A stretch of 64,000 nucleotides of DNA from Octopus sinensis (taxonomy: Eukaryota), in the NCBI RefSeq assembly GCF_006345805.1, contig NC_043013.1:44826001-44890000 (forward strand), written 5' to 3'. Shown here piece after piece: positions 53,376-64,000 of the stretch; the stretch's first letter is position 1, and every line of letters begins with the position of its first letter. The position numbers were made by a program, and so were the translations under genes. Below the pieces are notes generated by a model. It ran no database searches. It saw only the letters and a list, made by a program, of their open reading frames with translations, and was not told where the DNA came from.

Positions 53376-53684
53376 CTAACGGAAGAAAAAAGCACTTGGA
53401 CGTCTGATGTTTACTCATAAAAAAGTTTGTTTGTCCTCTTGGAATCGACTTTGTTAACTAAGTGCTATGTCTTTCAAACGTTGACAATGAGATCAATGGC
53501 GTTGTAAATAAATATAGCTAGGTAGGAATATAAGATCTTTAACATTAGAAGACAGGATAGAATTTGATTAAAAATATCAAAGAACAAGGAAGGAGAAAAA
53601 AACACATTTTAAGTGTTGATGTCGAATTATTATGGGGGCTATTTCTATTATATGGGTACATATATAAATAAATAGATATATATA

Positions 53685-53746
<62 letters not shown>

Positions 53747-53800
53747 AAGGCACACACACACACATTTATCTGTGACTGTATAATATGCATATATATATAT

Positions 53801-53875
<75 letters not shown>

Positions 53876-54032
53876 ATACGTATATGTATACATATATGCA
53901 TATATAAACATATATTTACGTTATATATATGAGTGTGTGTATGTTTATATGATTACATTAACATTGTATGTGTATATGTGTGTGTGTGTTGCGTGTGTGT
54001 TGTGTTTGTGTGTGTATGTGTGTGTGTGTGTG

Positions 54033-54078
<46 letters not shown>

Positions 54079-54420
54079 TCAATAAACGCTATTTTTGCTA
54101 TGAAAACCTTCAGAATTGGGAACAGAACGCAGCTATTATATTATCAATTAATTAATTCGCGTATATTTGAAACCATGAAAGTTCGAGATTATTTATTAAA
54201 TTTTTTCCGACATAAATAAGCAGAACAAACTTTTAGGGAAAGGATTTCAATTCAAAGACGAATGAAGCATAAAGGACAATGAAAAGAAAATACGAAATGC
54301 AACTATTATAAATGATAAACCCCAGTACACTTGGTAGGTACTTATTTTACCCCCTAAAAACTGAGATAAAGACAACGGGGATAACACTAGAACGGTTGTC
54401 CAAATAGGATTACTCTATAT

Positions 54421-54683
54421 CAGTGCTTTTCAAACTTTTTGCTGGAGCGGAACCCCAAGGGAACATTCCACTGGCTCGAGGAACCCCTGTGCAATAATTT
54501 AATACTCTTGTGTGCACATATCTGCACAGGAGAATTAAAAATTACTGCCGATTTTAGCAGTTTTGTAACTTCTTGCGGAACCCCTGGACTGTGCTGACGG
54601 AACTCCTGGACTGTGCTGACGGAACCCCTGGACTGTACTGGCGGAACCCTAAGGTTCCGCAGAGCCCTGCTTGAAAGCCACTG
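54421..54683. mobile_element. hAT-type MITE
   Basis: TIRs CAGTGCTTTTCAA / TTGAAAGCCACTG; 8-bp TSD ctctatat/ttctatat; internal 3x ~22-bp repeat ggaacccctggactgtgctgac. Confidence 0.8.
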
Positions 54684-55811
54684 TTCTATATAAACCATGT
54701 TGCAGCAGAAACAGTCTTACAAATGAATGGAAATGAACAGCTGTACATTAAGGAGCATAAATATCAATTATGATATTAAGTAGCATAAATAACAGCTATG
54801 ATAATGGTTTCAAATTTTGGCACAAGGCCAGCAATTTTGGGGGTGGGAGTAAGTTGATTACATCGACCTTCTGTGCTCAGATGGCACTTATTTTATCGGC
54901 CCCGTTAAGATAAAATGCAAAGTCAACCCCGGCAGAATTTGAACTCAGAACGTAGCGGCAGACGAAATACTGCTAAGTATTTCGTCCGTCGCGCTAACGT
55001 TTCTGCCAAATACGTAACAGCCATGATATTAATAACAATTATGTTGTTATGAATTCAAATACTTTCAGCTCCTATTTCACACATATTAATTTTTCATTGC
55101 TTGTGGGATTAACAAAGTCTACTTAAAATTTTACATAAGATGTGTAAAATTATTAGCTATTTCAATGAAAAAAAGGCGAACAATTTATATTTATTTTCAC
55201 AATAAATAAAAATTTGATTAAAAAGTTTATATTTTATAATAGATGAAGTAGCAATCAAATTTCAAAATGGTTTTGTACATGCTTTGTAAATAATAATTCT
55301 GTATCTAATAAACCAGTGTTTTTACGCAATATATAATAAATTAAATGAACATTTACTTTGGACTACCAACAAGATTAGACTTATTAAGTGTAATATCAAA
55401 AATATTAGAAAATGCAATATAACCAGATATTTTAATATAAAAATGTAACCTATTATTTAACTTCCGATTAAATTTCAAACATGAACATTTCGCCCGAACC
55501 ATTCATAAGCAATTTAATTAATCCCTTAAAACAACAATGAGAAGAGTTTATTTGCAGGAACGGTCAAATTTGATCTCCGAAGTTTTTAATACTGTGGAAC
55601 ATCAAGTTTTAATTTTTTTTTAATGAGTTGGTGAAAGAATGGCTCATCGCATTTAAACTAAGCCAAAAAATTCGTAAAGGAACAGTTAGAGAACATAAAA
55701 TAAAACGAAGATAAAACGTGGTGTGTCTCGAGATAACGTATTGGGCGACAACTATTTATCCTTTATGTCAGCGTTGAATAATCTCAAATAAATATTTACA
55801 TAAATGGTACG

Positions 55812-56233
55812 GGATCTTTTCGGTTTGAACGGCAGTTTTTAACATAATTTCTAGGTAACTAAACACTTTTAAACTTCGTATACTGGTAGAATGTGTTTAT
55901 AAAACATCTTTTTTCTCTTGGCTTTATTGAGAAAATTCTATAGTTTGTAAGATATTTGGTCTTTAATTTCTTCAATTTCTGCAATTTCAACCAATCACTG
56001 ACGTCCATTGAGGTAAAAAAACATTCTGTGCCGTATGAATATGTCCCTCGTTTAAGAAACAGATTCGGTTTATTTACATTTGTGAAGAAAAAAAGATACC
56101 CTTCCCCCACCCCACCCCACCTCTAACCCTAAAATAGATTGAAATGCAATAGATCGATACTAGGGTCATAATTATGGGTGACAATTTCATATGACACCGC
56201 TAGAAAAAACTGCCGTTCAAACCGAAAAGATCC
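55812..56233 (-). mobile_element. Merlin-like MITE (copy 2, inverted)
   Basis: Same TIRs and body as copy 1 in reverse orientation; no matching TSD. Confidence 0.8.
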
Positions 56234-57111
56234 GAAATAGAAATTATGAAAAGAAGATCAAGCAGGTAACTGCAAGAAAGAGAGAGTATGACAGATGGTT
56301 AAAGAGTTCACTTCGCAAATACATAATTTCAATTTTGATCCCACTGCGAGACACTTTGGACAATTATCTCCTACAATACCTTTGGGTTGACCTGCACCTT
56401 TTGAGCCAAATTTGACAGATGGGATTTGTGCCCAAGCCTGTTGTATATGTTTATTATAAGGGAACTAATACAAGCGTTACTATATATGTAAGTGAAATAC
56501 CGTAAATCCTTTCCTCTCGCCACATATTACACCCTCCTTAAGTAACTCATAATTCATACCACTTCTCTGAAGTATTAATGAACGAGAAGTTATGCATCTT
56601 ATACAAACCGCCTCATTGAAGGAAGAGAGAGTGAGAGGCGAGAGAATGGGTGAGAGAGTGAGTGAAAGAGAGAGAAAGTTTCCGACAGACGAACGTATCG
56701 TCTGGTCTGTCTGCTGTATCACAACAATATTTTTTTCCCTTTGTAAGGTGACGTCTATGTATCTCGTCGGCTGGTCTCAGTATTTAGCAAGGAAGCTTGT
56801 ACGTGGTCACACGGCCTGCTGAAAATAGCAAGCAAATCTCCCCAAATAACTTCCTTAGACAAAGAATATAATTGATAATGTAGCTCCTGATAATCAAAAT
56901 TACAGGACGACCATGACTGGAATGCCTTTCATCATAAGTCTATTCGATTTCTACATGATCACGCCAGAAATAGCAGTTAATTTTCTGGGGATAAACAGCA
57001 AAGTTTATTTGAATCAACAAGAGAAATCTTCAACACAGTCGCCCAATCGCCAAGTGGAAACATCTTAATTCCCTTCAAATCACACTTTTCTGTCTTAAAA
57101 TAAGAAAGCTA

Positions 57112-57527
57112 GGATCTTTTCGGTTTGAACGGCAGTTTTTTCTAGCGGTGTCATATGAAATTGTCACCCATAATTATGGCCCTAGTATCGATCTATTGCA
57201 TTTCAATCTCTTTTAGGGTTAGGGTTAGGGGTTGGGGGAAGGGTATCTTTTTTTTCTTCACAAATGTAAATAAACCCAATCTGTTTCTTAAATGAGGGAC
57301 ATATTCATACGGCACGGAATGTTGTTTACCTCAATGGACGTCAGTGATTGGTTGAAATTGCAGAAATTGAAGAAAAACAACAAATATCTTACAAACTATA
57401 GAATTTTCTCAATAGAGCCAAGAGAAAAAGATGTTTTATAAACGCATTCTACCAGTATACGAAGTTTAAAAGTGTTTAGTTACGTGGAAATTATTTTGAA
57501 AAACTGCCGTTCAAACCGAAAAGATCC
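57112..57527 (+). mobile_element. Merlin-like MITE (copy 3)
   Basis: Same TIRs; perfect 8-bp TSD gaaagcta. Confidence 0.85.
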
Positions 57528-58107
57528 GAAAGCTATTTGGGACAATGCTGTCCTATACTATGGATGTACATACACTAAAAACGACATATAAAAGATTATA
57601 AAAGATAAACTGAGCCAGTTTCTTCAAACTTATGCATCGTTTTTTTTTGTTTGTTTTTGTTTGTTTGTTTGTTTGTTTGTTTTTTTTTGTTGTTTTTTAT
57701 ACCTGTGTGATGGATGTTTCTAGCCATAAATAAGTGAATCTTCTCGCAACCGTTGAAGATTTCGTTCTCGTTGTTGAATACTTCTATTATTTCCATTTGC
57801 ACTCATTGCAGTATCTGAATATGATTAAAATTAAAATAATTAATTGAAAATGTTTTAATGGAATATAAAGCGAAAAAGCGGGCAGAATCGTTAGCGCGCC
57901 AGGCAAAATACTTATTGGTATTTACGCTCTGAGTTCAAATTCCGGCGAGGCCAAATTTACCTTTCTTCTTTTCAGGGTCGATGAAATAAGAACCAGTTGA
58001 GCACTGGGATCAATGTCATCGACTTATACCCTCCCCTCCCAACCCCGAACAGCTGGTCTTGTAGCAAGATTTGAAACCAATATTTTTGAAACCAATATAT
58101 ATATATA

Positions 58108-59352
58108 CAGGGTGTCCCAAAAAAATGTATGCACACTTTAAACAATTGTAAAGTAGTTGTTTATTAAAAGACACTTCATTTTCAAAATTTAATAGAATCT
58201 ACAGACATTATTTTATTGTTTTGTCAATGCCTGTTTTCAAACTGATGTCCGGTCTGGTCCGGGCACTGCTGACAACGCAAAGGAATGGAATCACAAATAT
58301 CACAAAAGAATTTGTTTGATATTTGTGTGCACTCTCGTCCAATGGCTGCTCTCAAATCAGCGACTTGTATGTTTCATAGCGTAAAATCTGTCTTTAAGGT
58401 ATCCCCATAAAAAAAGACTAGTGGTGTGAGGTCTGGTGAATTCAACCATACCTCTTCATCCAATCCACCTGTTTAGCAAGATCTCATCAAGGAAGGATCT
58501 AACATAGCAATGGTAGTGTGGGGGTGCCCCATCTTGCTGAAAATAAAACTCCTCATCTTCAAAGTCTTCTCTAATGCTTGGCATAACAGACTGTTGCAAC
58601 AAGTTCAAGTAAACGGGACCAGTCACAGTAGCATAACAAAAGAATGGTCCAATTACTCCTCTTGATGATAAACCACACCACACAAATATATCAAATTAAC
58701 ATGGTGTTTCACCATAAAATGCAGATTCTCAGGACCCCAGTAGGTGCAATTGTGGCAGTTAATTGAACCATTTAATTTGAATGCGGCTTCATCACTCCAC
58801 ACAATCTTTGTTGGAAAGTGTGCAGCTTCTACACATCGTTCCAAGTACCACTCGCAATGCTGCACTCTTTCGTCTGGATCATCATCATTAATAGCATGGA
58901 CTAATCTTGGAATGTAACTTTTCCATTGACAATGCTTCAAAATGCATTGGACAGATGATTTTGGAATACCTACCTCATGACTCACTTTGCCGCACAAATT
59001 TTCTTGGATTTTGGTGATTCATTTCCAGTACTCCTTGCTTTGTTGGGGTTGTTAATGTTCGGGGTCTTCTGGAATGCTTATCGTGGACATTCTGAACAGT
59101 TCCATCAGCTTCAAACTTATCTCTAATTCAAGTGATAGGGAGTTGCATTGGTGGATCTGTTTGAAACTCCCTCCCCAACTGTTTTGCACTTCAACTGCAT
59201 TTTCACACTTCCATTATCATTTTAGAATGAATTTTCTTTGTTCAAAGCTTAATCTGACTGCCATCATTAAATCCTATAGGTTTCATCTGGAAAGAAAAAA
59301 TATCAATTGAGTTATCAGCTACTAAAGTGTGTATACATTTTTTGGGGACACC

Positions 59353-59355
<3 letters not shown>
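58108..59355 (-). mobile_element. Full-length Tc1/mariner-superfamily DD37D (maT-like) element, transposase decayed
   Basis: ~32-bp TIRs CAGGGTGTCCCAAAAAAATGTAT(G/A)CACACTTT in TA context; [35 protein letters not shown] and SPDLTPL motifs. Confidence 0.9.
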
Positions 59356-59387
<32 letters not shown>

Positions 59388-59870
59388 CGCAGGAGCGGCT
59401 TTGTGGCAAGTAGCTTGCTTACCAACCACATGATTCGGGGTTCAGCCCCACTGAGTGGCACCTTGGGCAAGTGTCTTCAACTATAGCCTCGGGCCGACCA
59501 AAGCCCTGTGAGTGGATTTGGTAGGCGGAAACTGAAAAAAGCCTGTCGCATATATGTATATATGTATATATGTATGTGTGTGTGTGTATTTATGTGTTTG
59601 TGTTTGTCCCCCCAACATAACTTAACAACCGAAACTGGTGTGTTTACGTCCCCGTAACTTAGCGGTTCGGCAAAAGAGACCGATAGAATAAGTACTAGGC
59701 TTACAAAGAATAAGTCCTAGCGTCGATTTGATCGACTAAAGGCGGTGCTCCAGCATGGCCACAGTCAAATGACTGAAACAAGTAAAAGAGTATATATATA
59801 TAAAATAAAAACATTGCTTCCAGACCGCCAAGATTGAGTGTCTTTAGAAGACATCTTAAACTCATGACTA

Positions 59871-59949
<79 letters not shown>

Positions 59950-60680
59950 TGTGTGTGGTCTAATAACTCTTTGTCTGTTTACCTCTCTCGGATCTTTTCT
60001 GTTGCTGTTTTGAAATTTTTAAATTAAATGAGATTTTTCAAATTTGGTATATTGGTATAATTTTTCATGCTGAGTCCGACTTGGTTATTTATTTGTTCCA
60101 GAAAAACTGTAGAAAACTGTTACAGAGGTTTAAAGTTTGATGACTTTTACCCAATCAGAAAACAGGATTTGGAAGCTAGCATTTTCTGCGTAATGAAAGC
60201 ATAAATATTACAACGGCGAATTTTTACTGAGCAAAATGGAAGCAAAACATTACAATGACGAAAGTTGTAAGAAGTTTTGAAGTCTCAATAAGTTCTAATA
60301 AATAAAGTCTTGTGGAGCGGTCGAACAGACATGTAAATAATTTAAAACGGAAAAAATTATCAACGAAACTTATTTTGCGAAAATTTGGGCCAAATCTTTT
60401 GCCATTTTCTGAGATCCTTTCTGGGGTGTGCCAATACCATCCTTTTTCTGTTGTCATTCCATAGTGCTGGCATAGCGTCCAGTGTATACAGGTCCCAACT
60501 CTGTCATTGTCTGTGGATATATTCCATCTTAGCTAAGACTGGGCAACCAGAGACAATATGATTTATTGTTTCTTCCCCATAATAAGACACGAGCCAAATA
60601 TTTCGACCAAGAATCGGTCATTTAATTGCTCCTCCTCGTCGTCGCCGTCGTCGTCGTCATCGTCGTCATCGTCGTCGTTA

Positions 60681-60728
<48 letters not shown>

Positions 60729-60747
60729 TATTATTATTATGAAATAA

Positions 60748-60967
60748 GGCGGCAAGCTGGCAGAATTGTTAAGCACGCCGAGCAAAATGCTTAGCGGCAT
60801 TTCGTCCGACTTTATGTTTTGAGTTTGAGTTCAAGTTCCACCGAGCTCGACTTCGTCTTTCATCCTTTCTGGGTCGATGAAATACGTACCAATTATGCAA
60901 TGGAGTCGATGTAATCGACTAGTCCCCTTCCCCGAAATTTAAGGCCCTTGTGCCTTTAGTGGAAAGG

Positions 60968-61003
<36 letters not shown>

Positions 61004-61149
61004 TCGTCTGCCGTTACGTTGAGTTCAAATTCCGCCGAGGTCGACTTTGCCTTTCATCCTTTCGGCTTAATCCGTTTGTCTGTCCTTGTTTGTCCCCTCT
61101 GTGTTTAACCCCTTGTGGGTAGTAAAGAAATATATTATTATTATTATTA

Positions 61150-61192
<43 letters not shown>

Positions 61193-64000
61193 AAAGGCGG
61201 CGAGCTGACAGGATCGTTAGCACGCCTGGTAAAATCCTTGGCGGCATTTCGTCCGTGTCTACGCCCTGTGTTCAAATTCCGCCGCGGTCGACTTTGCCTT
61301 TCATCTTTTCGGGGTCGATAAATTAAGTACCAGTCGTGTACTAGGACCTATGCAATTAACTAGTCCCCTTCCCAAAATTTTCAGGCCTTGTGCCTTTAGT
61401 AGAAAGGATTATTATTATTATGAAATTTTTTTTCTTTAGTAGTTTCATGCAAGTTTCAATTGCACCAATAGATGCACCTTTGCGTCATGTGCGTAATGTA
61501 GGTTGCGTTATTTTATTGGGCCTTAATCTTGTATAGTATATGTTGAATGAGTTGTGTTGTTTTAAGTTAATTTCTTGGCTCAAAAAGCAAAAAGCAAGGC
61601 CATGTAGGGGGACATGGAAATATGTACAGGGTGGTGTTCATGCAAAGAGTTCAGGCCATTTGTGGTCAAGGGAGACTTTAAACCGAGCGGTCGTCGACAT
61701 CTTCACTATCTCGTCCGGCAGCTTATTCCACGGATCCGCAACCCGGACGGAGAAAGCCCCTCTCCTTCGATTGAGATGAAATCGTCGCAGATAGAGCTTT
61801 TCGGAGTGACACCGCAGCCGAGGTAATTGATGTATAGGGTGTGCGTTGTGTGTTCTATTCGAGCTGTTCTATTGGATCGTGAGCATATTGAATTGATAGT
61901 ATCTTGTGCGAGATTATAATTATTTTAATTCCTTACCTACTTCTGTTACGGCAGCAGGCGAGCTGGCAGAAACGTTAGCACGCCGCGCGAAATGCTTAGC
62001 TATATTTCGTTCTGAGTTCAAATTCCGCCGAGGTCGACTTTGCCTTTCATCCTTTCGGGGTCGGTAAATTAAGTACCAGTTACGCACTGGGGTCGATGTA
62101 ATCGACCTAATCCCTTTGTCTGTCCTTGTTTGTCCCCTCTCTGTTTAGCCCCTTGTAGGCAATAAAGAAATAAGAAACGTTAGCACGCCGGGTGAAATGC
62201 TCGGTGATATTTCGTTTGCCGTTACGTTCTGAGTTCAAATTCCGCCGAGGTCGACTTTGCCTTTCATCCTTTCGGGGTCGGTAAATTAAGTACCAGTTAC
62301 GCACTGGGGTCAATGTAATCTACTTAATCCCTTTGCCTGTCCTTGTTTGTCCCCTCTGTGTTTAGCCCCTTGTGAGCAATAAAGAAATAAGAATCGTTAG
62401 CACGTTGGATAGACTGTACGTATACCGGTATTTCGTCTTTAGTTAGTTCTGAATTCAAATTCTGCCGACGGCGATTTCGTCTTTCATTCTTTCGAAGTCG
62501 ACGGAATAAATACCAGCTGAGCACTGGGGGATAGATGTAATCAACTCCCTCTCTCCTCCACAATTTCAGTCTTTGTACTTATAGTATGCAGTGAACTTTC
62601 AGAATTGTTAGCACGCTGGACATAATGCTTTATGTTCTGAATTCAAATCCTACCCAGGTTGCCTTCCATCCTTTCGAAGTCGATGGAATACCAGTTGAGT
62701 ACTTGGGTCGATGTGATCGACTAGTCCCTGCCCCCAAAAAATTTCAGACTTTGTGCTTGTAATAGAAAGGAAATATCACTCCACGAGGGTGAGAGATCGC
62801 AAAATAAAGGGTAACGGATAAAATACCCTGTGGTATTTAGTTCTATTCTTTTTATGTTGCGAGTTCAAATCCTGCTGACGTCGACTTTGTGTTTTAGATT
62901 TCCGAGTACGATTTAAGTAAGTACAAACAAATGCTGAAATTGATGCGTTGGAATTTACCATTGTGAATAGTGTCTAAGACTGCAGCGCAATGAAAGAAAC
63001 ATTGGTTTCAAATTTTGGCACAAAGCCAGCAATTTCATAGGAGTGGGTAAATCGATCCGTGCTTAACTGGTAATTTTATCGACCCTGAAAGATGAAAGGC
63101 AAAGTCGACTCCGGCGGCATTTAAACCCAATCCAATGACAGGAATATTCTTTAAAAAACGAACATATATACCAGAACGAAATTTACTTAGAGGGTGCCAA
63201 CCCAGGTCCAAAATTCTTTTACAAGGTTTGTAAAAAAATTTGTAAAGTTTTAGGGGGTTCGCTTGTGCCCCTACACCCTCTCTTCCTACGACCCTGTAAA
63301 AGATAGAACATAAGAATATCCTAACAAAACCATTGTTTTAAGGAGAAAATTTAATTAGTTAATTAGTTATGAATTCTTTTACTATCAGAATGTATTAACT
63401 TTAATAATTATATTTGCTGAAAAAGGCGGTAAGCTGGCTGACTCGTTAGCATGTCGGACAGAATACTACGCGGCATATCTCCCGACTTTTTACCTTCTCA
63501 GCTCAAATCCTGCAGAGGTCAGCTTGGCAATTTTTTTTCTTTCGGGAGACGAGAAAATGAAGTAGCAGTCAAGTAATAGGGTCAATGGAATCGACTAATC
63601 CACTCTCCTGAAATTACTGGCCTTATTCCCAAATTAGAAAGAATAATTATAGTCAGTGTACTCCGGGAGGAAATTTTCCAACTGCCTGCTTTTTGGGGGT
63701 GGGGTAGGATTTTTGTTTCGTATTCTTCTGGAAGAATCAATATGTCGCTACGTTCTGAGATCAAATTCTGCCGAGATCGATCTTGCCTTTCATCCTTTCG
63801 GGGTCGATTAAATAAGTACCAGTTACGCACTGCGTCGATATAATCGACTTAATCCGTTTGTCTGTCCTTGTTTGCCCTCTCTATGTTTAGCCCCTTGTGG
63901 GCAGTAAAGAAATAGGTATTTATTTAAACTATTAGCTTCAGAGTTCAAACTCTGCCTTTTCATTTCTGAGTTCAATAAAGTAAGTCCCAATCTATCCTTT
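60748..64000 (+). repeat. Dense cluster and tandem array of family-C SINE units
   Basis: Head-to-tail ~200-bp units at 61957-62770 plus further copies at 60748-61410 and 63423-63930, several separated by (ATT)n. Confidence 0.8.
61590..61830 (-). mobile_element. CR1/L2-type LINE 3' end
   Basis: Minus strand RGAFSVRVADPWNKLPDEIV, a typical CR1/L2 ORF2 C-terminal motif. Confidence 0.6.

Overview
AT-rich, microsatellite- and transposon-dense eukaryotic DNA. The SINE/LINE content resembles an octopus (coleoid cephalopod) genome; this is inferred, not proven. The main feature is one large minus-strand spliced gene for a secreted peritrophin/mucin-like protein. It has a signal-peptide exon (39543-39606) and five chitin-binding type-2 (CBM14/peritrophin-A) modules, each on a phase-1/phase-1 exon (38082-38228 degenerate, 12237-16867, 9969-10130, 5321-5524, 1988-2215). 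A ~1,490-aa Thr/Ser/Glu/Pro tandem-repeat mucin domain lies in the single 4.6-kb exon and carries a 1-nt frameshift near 14370. No stop codon was found, so the gene continues past the left edge. Introns and flanks hold three tRNA-derived SINE families; R4/Dong, RTE, CR1/L2 and Penelope-like retroelement remnants; mariner, DD37D and hAT transposons; and MITEs. Unusual features include several type-I hammerhead ribozyme motifs, a Merlin-like MITE family carrying TTAGGG repeats, and a mariner bracketed by ~380-bp inverted arms. Most ORFs in the supplied track are microsatellite or antisense artefacts.
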